Positions 10,501-19,399 of a DNA stretch of 64,000 nucleotides are shown one piece after another. Source of the DNA: an uncultured delta proteobacterium (GTDB taxonomy: Bacteria; Myxococcota_A; UBA9160; SMWR01); NCBI GenBank assembly GCA_963832165.1, contig CAWHTE010000002.1, positions 320,001-384,000 on the forward strand, written 5' to 3'. A program made the position numbers and the translations under genes. How positions within the stretch are numbered: position 1 is the stretch's first letter; each line of letters opens with the position of its first letter. The notes under the pieces are model-generated. The model ran no database searches. It was not told where the DNA came from and was given only the letters and a program-made list of their open reading frames with translations.

Positions 10501-11004
10501 TTCTCGATCGGAGGCAACTACTCCTTCTTCGACGCCGAGGTGCGCCGCACCGAGGCCGAGCTGGCGCGCTCCGTAGGGTTCTTCGGAAACCCGCTGGGTG
10601 GGGTCCCTTTTCCGGGCCTCGAGCGCAAGCGTCGGCTCTACGCCCAGCCCGAGTGGATCGCCAACGCGGACATCTCGTTCGACCATCTCGGCTGGGGCAC
10701 CAAGGTGACGCTGGCGTATTTCGCGATCAGCGATCTGCTCGACGCCGCTGGTGTGGCCGCGCCGAGCGCGAGCAGCGCAATCGACACGTTCGTGCTCGAC
10801 CGCTACGTGGACTCGTTCGAGCAGCTCGACCTGATCGTGTCCCAGGAGCTCTGGAGAGGCTTGACCGTCAAGCTCACCGTCAAGAACCTCACCGACAGCA
10901 AGCGCGGGATCATCTACGACCCCGAGCAGACGCTGCACCGGGTTGCCGAGCGCGAGTACCGCAGAGGGCGCGACTACGGGCTCTCGCTCCGCTGGACGTT
11001 CTAG
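7540..11004 (+). CDS. TonB-dependent receptor with N-terminal carboxypeptidase-regulatory-like domain
   Basis: Signal peptide, GRIAGRVTD, EEIVVHG, plug (DALKRVAGV, VRGLEDRY, LDLFPSE), SQTVARPSFREL, terminal Phe. Confidence 0.95.
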   Translation: MRPHVSIVWRRCGDVRARVALRSAVVAAIAWLVVSASPPAIAQTSAAEGRIAGRVTDAASGAALSGATIVLSAPGAGQLLRTSGADGGFLFESVGAGTYRLDLTLWGYQAASIAQLTVQAGQEIRADQKMSARPAEESDRVSSTAGVEEIVVHGDPTKDLLSSIETRSQSDQLVNVLGAEDLSKFAVVDMADALKRVAGVNVVEGQFAIVRGLEDRYSSTLYNSAPVPSPDPDRQSPQLDLFPSEIVNSLVVSKTFGQELPSNSSGGSIDILTPDRHEDELEVSISAKTGINENAYDRFIELRPGSSIGKETDGVDLLEQEFGGYVNGRTSLRGREIHYKAVANWGTDYVTEEGFQEGRQPAVPGNSIFFPAGDLSFGQLGLSDGRFDLTTSEGEEQMTLFGTFGFDVDEFSDHTIDFSAFYTRKDIDTVQLREYGHLPGFDYPAVKAAVQADPFEFPNFSQFQSRATFDAWIVKKVGPLGETPTRTIPYYAAFFDSRSFESRRDLQIYQINGDHILDLLIDGLHLSWVGNYATTAQNENSLGSRFSFEPCRNDTVASLRCPTGVTPINQNFDLIPASLPVREAALAPGQYLARNGLFGNHNDIEEEQYFGRFDGDYELLPAHWLTANLSSGLWFEHAERDVDSSFLSGDGLTINCPESSGCIGTGSTQYVIFADTPEQLGARIFGTGLPRTTDGSYANQRSTTNESTREIQAMHAGAKATFWGDFDLLGGARFENIFIESKNDPFVPGGFSPDQSPLIFPSKYLFFDRFDNLDREGFIRNPPFNNEILGIDVPAGPCRDTAGNPIPGGGECVDLIDAAEIGRLVNGDIDENKVLPSAGLAYRAFDWLTLRGAYSQTVARPSFRELGYYVSAEPGTDDLSIGNPQLGLSDVESWDARAEFVWGNYSDLFAVSVFQKDIEDPIEQIVMRDPGVFEDTATDTFRTFFNNPNEATIRGIELEARKNLGFLTFDWLETEVPGREFLGVLEYFSIGGNYSFFDAEVRRTEAELARSVGFFGNPLGGVPFPGLERKRRLYAQPEWIANADISFDHLGWGTKVTLAYFAISDLLDAAGVAAPSASSAIDTFVLDRYVDSFEQLDLIVSQELWRGLTVKLTVKNLTDSKRGIIYDPEQTLHRVAEREYRRGRDYGLSLRWTF

Positions 11005-11046
11005 CGCTCCTCGACGGAGCCGGCCCCCACAGGGCGGCACCAACAG

Positions 11047-11095
11047 TCCACGCGTCCTGCACGAGAACGTCACGGTTTTGCGGCCGACCAGTCAT
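11047..11095 (+). promoter_or_regulatory. Pho-box-like tandem repeats
   Basis: TCCAC(11047), TGCAC(11058), GTCAC(11069), GTCAT(11091) on an 11-bp register. Confidence 0.55.
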
Positions 11096-11211
11096 TTCGG
11101 GCTGCGAACTTGCCGCCGCCGCAACCGGGTTCTTTGGCCCGCGCTGGCTCCCGTTCCTGTAGCAACGCAATCACCAGGGATCGAAACCACACAATGATGG
11201 GGCAGTTAGTC

Positions 11212-12981
11212 ATGCGAAGAGTTCTCCCCTTCCTGTCCGCTCTCGCGCTGGCCTGGGTCGGCGTCGCCGGCAGCGCGAACGCGCAGACGTGCACCACGAC
11301 GGTCGGCGTCGACGACGCGAACGCCGCCAATGACATCATCAACACCAGCACCACCTGGAGCGGTACGGTCTGCCTCGAGGCGCCGATCTTCGTGAACGTG
11401 GGCGCCGTGCTGACGATCCAGCCGGGCACGATCGTGCGCGGCCAGCCGCGACAGGCCGTTGCGGGAGCCCTTCCGGGATCACCGGGCGCGCTCGTCGTGA
11501 CCCAGGGCGCCAAGATCATCGCCGACGGCAGCCCGCAGGCCCCGATCGTCATGACGACCGGCGCCATGGACAACGACAGCGACGGTGTCTGCGACAACTT
11601 CGACGCCGACGCGTTCCTCGACGACTACCCCGGCTACGATCCGGCGTCCCTGCCGGCGCTCGTCGCCGATGCGACGCCGACGTTCTGCGACGACACTCCG
11701 ACCACGGCGCCGATGCCGCCGCTCAACGCGAACGGCGTTCAGAACGTCTCGATGTGGGGCGGGTTCGTGTTGCTGGGCCGCGCTCCGACCAACCTCGCCA
11801 ACGAGCAGGCCACGCCGAGTGGTCACGGCACCGGATTCCTCGAGGGCGTCACGCTTCCGGGCGTAACCCCGAACGACGCGGTCTGCGGTGGCGTGGAGCC
11901 GCACGACTCGTCCGGCATCGTCCGCTACGTCTCCGTGCGCCACGCAGGGGACGAGCTCGGCGCCGGAAACGAGCTGAACGGCGTGACGCTGTGCGGCGTC
12001 GGCGACAATACGATCTTCGAGTTCAACGAGGTCTACGCGAACTTCGACGACGGCTTCGAGTGGTTCGGCGGCACCGTGCACGCCAACCACCTCGTGGTGA
12101 CCTACGTGGGCGACGACCTGCTCGACATCGACTGGGGCTACACGGGCTCGATCCAGTTCGCGTTCACGCTGGCGACGTTCTTCAACCAGGACGGCGGCGC
12201 TGTGTTCGGATCGCTCGGTGGCGACAAGCAGGGCGAGCTCGACGGCGATGACTACCTCAACAACGACAACACGAACATCGACAGGAACGTCAACGTGCGC
12301 ACGGCCTACTCGGCCGCGGTATTCGCGGGCGATGCACTCGCGCAGGCGGTGGACTCGCGCGAGAAGACGCCGTGGCCGCTCTCGGGCGCGTACATCGCCA
12401 ACTGGACCGGCATCGGTGCCGTACCGGACGGGGGAAACCCGGCCGTCGCGCCCTCCACGGGCCCGCGGCTCGGCGTGCAGATGCGCCAGGGCTTCGCAGG
12501 CCAGGTGGTGAACAGCGTGTTCGTGAACACCTCGAACCCGTGCCACGTGGTGAGCACGAGCACGGGACAGGCACCGGCCGGGCACGACGCGACCACGCAC
12601 GTCACGCTGGGCCTCGCGCGCTGGATCACCAACTCGTGTGACGGCTCGTCCGCGCTCGCGGCGGGCGTCGGTGCCGCTACGGGTTCGGCCGACCAGGGCG
12701 ACACGTTCTCGCAGTTCGACACGGGCGCAACGGCCTGCGCGCTGAACATCCGCGCCACGGGCGGCGGCTTCGCGGGCCTCGTCGACGAGAACCCGAACTT
12801 CAATGCGAAGACGCTCACGGGCGGTGGCTACGACCCGCGTCCGGCCGGAGCGGGTGCGGATTGCGGCGTGACGCCGCGGCTTCCGGGGCTCGACCGCGTG
12901 AACTACCGCGGCGCGTTCGTCGCGGGGGCGCCGCTGTGGACCGACGGCTGGACGGTGCTCGACCAGGCGGGCGCGCTCTGA
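11212..12981 (+). CDS. Secreted acidic protein, probable parallel beta-helix, of the kind that accompanies this type of TonB-dependent receptor
   Basis: Signal peptide; LTIQPGT, WGGFVLLGRA, SSGIVRYV, NELNGVTL, DDGFEWFGGTV, YRGAF...WTDGWT. Confidence 0.8.
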   Translation: MRRVLPFLSALALAWVGVAGSANAQTCTTTVGVDDANAANDIINTSTTWSGTVCLEAPIFVNVGAVLTIQPGTIVRGQPRQAVAGALPGSPGALVVTQGAKIIADGSPQAPIVMTTGAMDNDSDGVCDNFDADAFLDDYPGYDPASLPALVADATPTFCDDTPTTAPMPPLNANGVQNVSMWGGFVLLGRAPTNLANEQATPSGHGTGFLEGVTLPGVTPNDAVCGGVEPHDSSGIVRYVSVRHAGDELGAGNELNGVTLCGVGDNTIFEFNEVYANFDDGFEWFGGTVHANHLVVTYVGDDLLDIDWGYTGSIQFAFTLATFFNQDGGAVFGSLGGDKQGELDGDDYLNNDNTNIDRNVNVRTAYSAAVFAGDALAQAVDSREKTPWPLSGAYIANWTGIGAVPDGGNPAVAPSTGPRLGVQMRQGFAGQVVNSVFVNTSNPCHVVSTSTGQAPAGHDATTHVTLGLARWITNSCDGSSALAAGVGAATGSADQGDTFSQFDTGATACALNIRATGGGFAGLVDENPNFNAKTLTGGGYDPRPAGAGADCGVTPRLPGLDRVNYRGAFVAGAPLWTDGWTVLDQAGAL

Positions 12982-13028
12982 GAGCTGCGCAGCCATCGCG
13001 TCACAACCCCAATTCAAGGTGAAACGAC

Positions 13029-13919
13029 ATGAACAGAAAACTGCGCGTGATCGCTCCGCTCGTCGCCGTCGCGGTGCTCGCGGCCGTCTCGGCGAGCGCG
13101 GCGGAGGTCGCCGCGGGTTGGGACTTCTCCCAGTACCGCGGCAACAACAGTCTGGCTCCGCTCGGGAGCACCCTCCCCGCGAACTACTCGGATTCCGATC
13201 CGACGTTCAACGCGGGTAGCGGTTCGGCGACATTCGGGACGCTCTACTTCGATGGAACGAACGGGTCGAGCTCCACGAGCACGGCCTTCCTGCCGACGGC
13301 GGGCACGATGAACTGCCAGCGCCTTCCGGTCGGTGGACCGCTCAAGCCTTCGGGCTGCGCGACCCCGAACGTCGACGGTCCGATCCGGTCGAACAAGCAC
13401 GAGGCCTGGTCGGATCCCGGTGAGGTCTCGTTCGACGCTCACTCCGTCTTGCGGTCCGAGGGGCAGCAGTATCAGAACCTGCTCGCGATGACCGCAAACG
13501 ACAACGTGAGCGTGGTGTTCAAGGCCGACCTCGGCGCCGGCAACACGGGAAGCGGCTGGGGCGTGAGCTTCGGCGGCAAGACGTTCACGGGGACGGGCGA
13601 CAGCGGCGGACCGCTCTCGTGCGATCCCGCAGGCGCGAGCCAGTGCAGCACGAGCATCGGCATCGAGCACTCGACGGATGGCGTGAGCTACGCGAGCGCC
13701 GGCTCCGTGCAGCTCACGTCTGCGGATGCCCGCTATCAGGTCGCGGTGGGGGCGGGGTCCAGCCAGGCCAAGTACGTCCGCCTGAACCTCGCGCCGGGCG
13801 GCGGCGGAGCCCAGCCGATGATCGACAACGTGGCGATCACGCTTCCCGAAGCGGGATCGACGGTGATGTTGCTCTCCGGAACGCTGATGATCCTGTTCCT
13901 GCGGCGACGCAGCTGCTGA
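13029..13919 (+). CDS. Secreted protein with a PEP-CTERM-like sorting signal
   Basis: Signal peptide; C-terminus LPEAG + hydrophobic helix + RRR. Confidence 0.75.
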   Translation: MNRKLRVIAPLVAVAVLAAVSASAAEVAAGWDFSQYRGNNSLAPLGSTLPANYSDSDPTFNAGSGSATFGTLYFDGTNGSSSTSTAFLPTAGTMNCQRLPVGGPLKPSGCATPNVDGPIRSNKHEAWSDPGEVSFDAHSVLRSEGQQYQNLLAMTANDNVSVVFKADLGAGNTGSGWGVSFGGKTFTGTGDSGGPLSCDPAGASQCSTSIGIEHSTDGVSYASAGSVQLTSADARYQVAVGAGSSQAKYVRLNLAPGGGGAQPMIDNVAITLPEAGSTVMLLSGTLMILFLRRRSC

Positions 13920-13943
13920 GCGGAATGGAACCGGAGTGATTGC

Positions 13944-13982
13944 GGAGCCGCCACCTCCTCGGAGGTGGCGGCTCCCTTTCTT
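13944..13982 (+). terminator. Rho-independent terminator
   Basis: GGAGCCGCCACCTCC/GGAGGTGGCGGCTCC perfect inverted repeat followed by a T-rich tract. Confidence 0.8.
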
Positions 13983-14006
13983 CTCACCGACCTTCTCGCG
14001 CCACCA

Positions 14007-14780
14007 ATGCGCCCCTCCCTGTTTGCCCTCCTGCCGCTGCTCCTGATCCTCGGAGCTACCGCGGGTGACGGTTCGCCCGTCACCGCCGCGAACCTGCTCG
14101 AGCGCGAGCGCTTCTGGCCGTACCGCATCGTGTTGACCGAGGCCTGGCGACCGCCAGGGCGTGAGGCACCGCTGACCGCCGGAACGCTAGGTGTGCTGAT
14201 CCGCGTCGAGCGAGGCGGCGCTGCGCGGATCGACTTCTCAGCCGATGGGAAGTACGAGGTCCCCGTCGAGAAGACCGATCTCGTCGAGAATGCCAATCGC
14301 ATCCGGCGCGGTGAGCTCGCCAAGAGCGAGCCCAATTTCATCCACGCGATCGCGACGAGACTCGTCGACTCTGCTGCCGATTCGCTCGCGGGCCTGCCCC
14401 CGGAGCGTGTCGCCGGGCGCCCGGGATTTCTCTGTGTGTTCGCGGATCCGAGTGCGAAGGAGTTCGGCGATCTCGTTGCGGCGCTGCGGCCGCTCAATGA
14501 CCGACACCGGGTGATGACGATTCTCTTCGCGCAAGGCGCCCACCCGGACGAGGAGCTGCGCGAACGCCTGCGCTCGCTCGGATGGACCGTGCCCTTCGTC
14601 TACGACTTTCTCGCGGAGCCATACACGCGCACGCTGCTCGCGGAGAACACTGCGTTCCCGGCCCTGCTGCTCCAGACGGACGAAGGGCGCGTGATCGACC
14701 AGCAAGCGGGGGGGCCAGACGCAGAGCCGAAGCTCCGCGCGGCGCTCGACGCAGCGTTTGGAGGGAGTTCGAAACCATGA
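14007..14780 (+). CDS. Hypothetical exported protein (possible degenerate thioredoxin-like C-terminus)
   Basis: Signal peptide; ATGA coupling to the next gene. Confidence 0.65.
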   Translation: MRPSLFALLPLLLILGATAGDGSPVTAANLLERERFWPYRIVLTEAWRPPGREAPLTAGTLGVLIRVERGGAARIDFSADGKYEVPVEKTDLVENANRIRRGELAKSEPNFIHAIATRLVDSAADSLAGLPPERVAGRPGFLCVFADPSAKEFGDLVAALRPLNDRHRVMTILFAQGAHPDEELRERLRSLGWTVPFVYDFLAEPYTRTLLAENTAFPALLLQTDEGRVIDQQAGGPDAEPKLRAALDAAFGGSSKP

Positions 14781-15298
14781 AGGCTCATGTCGCGGGCTCG
14801 CTGCTCGCGCTTCTGGTCGCGGTGCTCGGATGTGCGGCATCCACTCCATGCACCGAGGTAGTGCGCAATCCGGCCCAGCTGCTCGAGGCCGCGAACGCGG
14901 CGATCGCGGAAAACGACCTCGAGCTCGCCTATCGCTATGTCGCGTTGATCCATGTCCTGCACCCCGAGAGCACGCAGAACCGCGACACGTTCCCGCTCGC
15001 GGCGCGGCTGTTCCACAAGAACTACGCGCGGCATCGCTACGAGGTCGACTCGACCTGGGTGAGGTCGGAGCCGCGCTTCATGATCTCGTGGCTCGCGGGC
15101 TTCTTCGAGGACGACAAGGAATTCCCGCAGGAGTCGGTGGATGGGCTGTTGCTGGGCGCGAACTACGGCCTGTTTCGCGAGTTCGTGGCGTATGCGCAGA
15201 GCCACCCTCGGCTCTCGCAGTGGGTCGTGACCGCCAGCGACGACAACGGGATCGTCCAGGAGATTCGCGCGGTTCCCGCGGCTCGACCGGGTCCCTGA
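14777..15298 (+). CDS. Hypothetical lipoprotein
   Basis: MKAH...LLVAVLGC lipobox. Confidence 0.7.
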   Translation: MKAHVAGSLLALLVAVLGCAASTPCTEVVRNPAQLLEAANAAIAENDLELAYRYVALIHVLHPESTQNRDTFPLAARLFHKNYARHRYEVDSTWVRSEPRFMISWLAGFFEDDKEFPQESVDGLLLGANYGLFREFVAYAQSHPRLSQWVVTASDDNGIVQEIRAVPAARPGP

Positions 15299-15332
15299 CC
15301 CCTCATCGAATCGACTCGATCGCGCCTTTTTC

Positions 15333-15348
15333 TTCACACATTCGTCAC
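15333..15348 (+). promoter_or_regulatory. Pho-box-like site upstream of the porin
   Basis: TTCAC-acattc-GTCAC. Confidence 0.6.
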
Positions 15349-15441
15349 AGAGACGACCCGAATCCTTGCGCGCGCGTAGATAGCGTTCGGCGACTTCGGA
15401 CCCCCGAAGCGCTCCACACGAACATCCGAAGGAGGCCATTC

Positions 15442-16788
15442 GTGAAGGCGATCGTGTGCTCGTTCCGGACCGTGGCTCTCGTGATCCTGGTCGTTGCGGC
15501 GATCCCCGCACCAGCTCTGGCGGAGGACAAGGACCCGACGCTGTCCGAGATCGTGAACATCCTGCACGAGAAGGGTCTGATCGACGACGAAGAGCACGAG
15601 GCGCTCGCGGCCAAGGCGTCCAAAGAGCATGCAAAGGACAGCTGGGCTGATCGGATCAACGTGTTCGGCGACCTGCGCGGGCGCATGGAGATGTACGACT
15701 ACGAGAAGGACATCTACACCCAATCGACGGGTGCGAGTCTCAACGACCGCTATCGCGCCCGCTACCGCGCGCGTCTAGGCGTGAACGCGAAGGTGGTGAG
15801 CCGAGCGTCGGTGACGCTCGGTCTCGCGAGCGGCGGCGCCGACCCGCGCAGCGCGAACCAGACGCTCGGCAGCGGAACCGACTTCGACAAGGACGAGATC
15901 CGGCTCGACCTCGCGTACGCCACGATCTCGCCGTTCGCCGACGGCGTGCTGCCGGGAATCGAGGGCGGCTATCTCGGCATCGACATCGGCAAGGTGAAGA
16001 ATCCGTTCATCTGGAAGCAGCTCGGCCTCGACAACCTGCTCGTCGACAACGACCTCAATCCCGAGGGTGCGAACCTGCGCATCACGGGCGGTGCCGGTCC
16101 GGTGATGATGTTCGCCAACGGTGGCGTCTACGTGATCGACGAGAACTCCGTGTCGAAGGATCCGATGTACGCGGGGGGCCAGCTCGGCGGATCTGCGAAG
16201 CTCGCCGACTGGGCCTCCCTCGGCGCGCGCGGGACGCTCTACCACTTCTTCTCGCTCGACGACGACTTCTTCGCGCGCGGGGCGACGAACCTCGCGAATC
16301 CCGGCGGAACCGGCGGCAACATCATCGACGGCCTGTCGCGGCGGAATGGCTCGATCCAGGTCGCCGAGACGTCCGCGTTCGTCACACTCGTGCCGCACGC
16401 GCTGGTCCCAGTGACCTTCTACGGAACGTTTGCCACCAACCTCTCCGCGCGCAATTCGCTGATCGCCACCACCGTCGGTCGCGAGGCGGACGCCTGGACG
16501 TTGGGCTTGTTCGTGGGCGACAAGGTGACACTGCTCCGCGTCGGAGGTGCGATCTACTACGTCGAGGCGAACGCGATGCCTTCGATGTTCCTCGACAGCG
16601 ACACCCTCGACGGATTCTCGAACCGCAAGGGCTACGCGGCGACCATCGAGCGCCAGCTGTTCGAGGGTGTCGACCTCCGGCTGGCGGGCTTCTTGTCGGA
16701 TCGGATCGAGGGCGGAACCGCGTTCGCCAACTCGGGACCCTCGTCCGAGCGCTTCCGCGGCCAGGCCGACCTGATTTTCAAGTTCTGA
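15442..16788 (+). CDS. Putative outer-membrane porin upstream of pstS
   Basis: GGAGG SD, signal peptide, ILHEKGLI, GDLRGR, RYRARLG, DPRSANQTL, terminal IFKF. Confidence 0.85.
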   Translation: MKAIVCSFRTVALVILVVAAIPAPALAEDKDPTLSEIVNILHEKGLIDDEEHEALAAKASKEHAKDSWADRINVFGDLRGRMEMYDYEKDIYTQSTGASLNDRYRARYRARLGVNAKVVSRASVTLGLASGGADPRSANQTLGSGTDFDKDEIRLDLAYATISPFADGVLPGIEGGYLGIDIGKVKNPFIWKQLGLDNLLVDNDLNPEGANLRITGGAGPVMMFANGGVYVIDENSVSKDPMYAGGQLGGSAKLADWASLGARGTLYHFFSLDDDFFARGATNLANPGGTGGNIIDGLSRRNGSIQVAETSAFVTLVPHALVPVTFYGTFATNLSARNSLIATTVGREADAWTLGLFVGDKVTLLRVGGAIYYVEANAMPSMFLDSDTLDGFSNRKGYAATIERQLFEGVDLRLAGFLSDRIEGGTAFANSGPSSERFRGQADLIFKF

Positions 16789-16809
16789 GTCTGGCGGAGC
16801 GCGCGGTCG

Positions 16810-16847
16810 TTCACCGTCACGTCACGTGATCGTGCGATATCGGTCAT
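16810..16847 (+). promoter_or_regulatory. Pho-box-like tandem array upstream of pstS
   Basis: TTCAC(16810), GTCAC(16821), GTGCG(16832), GTCAT(16843) at 11-bp spacing. Confidence 0.65.
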
Positions 16848-16906
16848 GTGCCCTGCCTAGAGTCGACTCGCTTCTCGTCCACCATCGACCAACAGGGAGG
16901 GGGAAA

Positions 16907-17959
16907 ATGTCCCTCACGACTCTCACCAGGAGTGCCGTGTTCGCGGCGGCCGCCATTCTCGTGGCGGTGCCCGCGGGTGCTCGCGACCAGATCCGGATCG
17001 TCGGCTCCTCGACCGTGTACCCGTTTGCGACCGCGGTCGCCGAGGAGTTCGGCCGCAACAGCAAATTCAAGACGCCGATCATCGAGAGCACCGGCACCGG
17101 CGGCGGAATGAAGCTGTTCTGCGCCGGCGTAGGCGTGCAGCACCCCGACGTCACCAACGCCTCGCGCCGGATCAAGCAGACCGAGGTCGATCAGTGCACC
17201 GCCAACGGCGTCAAGGCGATCACTGAAGTGAAGATCGGCTACGACGGGATCGTGATCGCGAACGCGAAGAAGTCGACGCGCTACAAGGTCACGCTGCAGC
17301 AGCTCTTCCTCGCGCTCGCGAAGCAGATCCCCGCGCCGGGTGGCGGACTGGTCCCGAACCCGAACAAGACCTGGAAGGACGTCGACCCCGCGCTGCCGAA
17401 CGTGAAGATCGAGGTGCTCGGTCCGCCGCCCACGTCGGGCACGCGCGACGCGTTCAACGAGCTCGTGATCGAAGGCGGCTGCAACGCGTATCCCGAGCTC
17501 AAGGCGCTCAAGGACAAGGACGAGGCCAAGTACAAGTCGATCTGCCTCGCCGTGCGCGAGGACGGCGCCTACGTCGAGGCGGGCGAGAACGACAACCTGA
17601 TCGTGCAGAAGCTCGTCGCGAATCCCAACGCACTCGGCGTGTTCGGCTTCAGCTTCCTCGACCAGAACACCGACCGGCTCCAGGGCAGCGTCGTCGGCGG
17701 CACGGAGCCCACGTTCGAGAACATCGCGAGCGGAAAGTACCCGGTGTCGCGCCCGCTGTTCATCTACGTGAAGAACGCACACGTCAAGTCGATCCCGGGC
17801 ATCCGCGAGTACGTGACCGAGTTCACGAGCGAGAAGGCGATCGGAGAGGAGGGCTACCTCTCCGAGCGAGGCCTGATCCCGGCGCCGAAGGCGGAGCGGG
17901 AGAAGTACCGCACCGACGCCACGAGCCTCACTGAACTGAAGATGACAGCGGGCAAATAG
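16907..17959 (+). CDS. pstS: Phosphate ABC transporter substrate-binding protein
   Basis: IVGSSTVYPF, STGTGGG, GPPPTSGTRDAF, YPVSRPLFIY. Confidence 0.96.
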   Translation: MSLTTLTRSAVFAAAAILVAVPAGARDQIRIVGSSTVYPFATAVAEEFGRNSKFKTPIIESTGTGGGMKLFCAGVGVQHPDVTNASRRIKQTEVDQCTANGVKAITEVKIGYDGIVIANAKKSTRYKVTLQQLFLALAKQIPAPGGGLVPNPNKTWKDVDPALPNVKIEVLGPPPTSGTRDAFNELVIEGGCNAYPELKALKDKDEAKYKSICLAVREDGAYVEAGENDNLIVQKLVANPNALGVFGFSFLDQNTDRLQGSVVGGTEPTFENIASGKYPVSRPLFIYVKNAHVKSIPGIREYVTEFTSEKAIGEEGYLSERGLIPAPKAEREKYRTDATSLTELKMTAGK

Positions 17960-18022
17960 CGCCGGGCGCGGCGGGTCTGATACGGACCCGCCGCGCGGCG
18001 CGAGCGCCCGGGAGCCCCCCCG

Positions 18023-19399
18023 ATGAGTGTGCTGGTCCTGCTCGCCGCGATCGCTGCACTCGCCGCGGGCGGGTTCGCGCTTGCGCGCGGCCGCGCACTC
18101 GCGGTGGTGGCGAACGGCGGCGCCCGCCTGCACTCGCTGCCCGGCTACTACGGGTGGTACGGCGCGCTCTGGAGCGCGATCCCCGGGCTCGTGGTGACCA
18201 CGCTCTGGCTCGGGGCCGCTCCCTCGGTTCTCCCCTCGCTCGCGTTGGCGCCCGGTGTGGCCGTGCCCGACGACCCCGCGCAGCTCGAGCTGTTCTGGAA
18301 CGACGTCCAGAACCTCGTGCGCGGCTACATTGCGCCCGAGAACGCGAGCGATGAGGTGCGCAGCACGGCTGCGCGCTACGTCGCCCTGCGCAAACGCGCG
18401 CTCACGGGTGCGCTCGCGCTCACGGTTCTGCTCGGGGTTGCGGGCGGGGCGATCGCGCTGCGTCGGACCCGCCCTGCGTTCGCCGCCCGCGTTCGCGTCG
18501 AGCGCTTCTTGCGCGGCGTGCTGCTCGCGAGCTCGACGCTCGCGATCCTCGTCACGATCGGCATCGTGTTGTCGCTCCTGTTCGAGACGGTCCGGTTCTT
18601 CGATGAGGTCGCTCCGAGCGAGTTCCTGTTCGGCACCCAGTGGAGCCCGCAGACGGCGATGCGCTCCGACCAGGTCGCGAGCTCGGGGTCGTTCGGTGCC
18701 GTTCCCGTGTTCGTGGGCACGCTCCTGATCACGGCGATCGCGATGGTGGTGGCGCTGCCGATCGGTCTGCTCTCGGCGATCCACATGACCTTCTACGCGT
18801 CGGCGCGCGCGCGCGACGTGCTCAAGCCCCTGCTCGAGATCCTCGCGGGCGTTCCCACCGTCGTCTACGGGTTCTTCGCCGCGCTCGTGGTGGCGCCTGC
18901 GGTGCGCGGCCTCGGCGCGTCCGTGGGGTTGTCGGTGGCATCCGAGAGCGCGCTCGCGGCGGGACTCGTGATGGGAATCATGATCGTTCCGTTCATCTCG
19001 TCGCTCTCCGACGATGCGATCACGGCCGTGCCGATCTCGCTGCGCGACGGCTCGTACGCTCTCGGGGCGACGCGCTCCGAGACGATCCGGCTCGTGATGA
19101 TTCCGGCCGCGCTGCCCGGCATCATGGGCGGGTTCCTGCTCGCGGTGTCGCGCGCGATCGGCGAGACGATGATCGTGGTGATGGCCGCGGGGCTCGCGGC
19201 CAACCTGTCGTTCAATCCGCTCGACGCCGTCACGACGGTGACCGTGCAGATCGTGACGCTGCTGACCGGCGACCAGGAATTCGACAGCGCGAAGACGCTC
19301 GCGGCGTTCGCACTCGGCCTCACGCTGTTCGTGGTCACGCTGTTTCTCAACATTGCGGCTCTGCGGATCGTGAAGCGCTATCGGGAAAAATATGACTGA
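18023..19399 (+). CDS. pstC: Phosphate ABC transporter permease
   Basis: KPLLEILAGVPTVVYG, SRAIGETMIV. Confidence 0.96.
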   Translation: MSVLVLLAAIAALAAGGFALARGRALAVVANGGARLHSLPGYYGWYGALWSAIPGLVVTTLWLGAAPSVLPSLALAPGVAVPDDPAQLELFWNDVQNLVRGYIAPENASDEVRSTAARYVALRKRALTGALALTVLLGVAGGAIALRRTRPAFAARVRVERFLRGVLLASSTLAILVTIGIVLSLLFETVRFFDEVAPSEFLFGTQWSPQTAMRSDQVASSGSFGAVPVFVGTLLITAIAMVVALPIGLLSAIHMTFYASARARDVLKPLLEILAGVPTVVYGFFAALVVAPAVRGLGASVGLSVASESALAAGLVMGIMIVPFISSLSDDAITAVPISLRDGSYALGATRSETIRLVMIPAALPGIMGGFLLAVSRAIGETMIVVMAAGLAANLSFNPLDAVTTVTVQIVTLLTGDQEFDSAKTLAAFALGLTLFVVTLFLNIAALRIVKRYREKYD

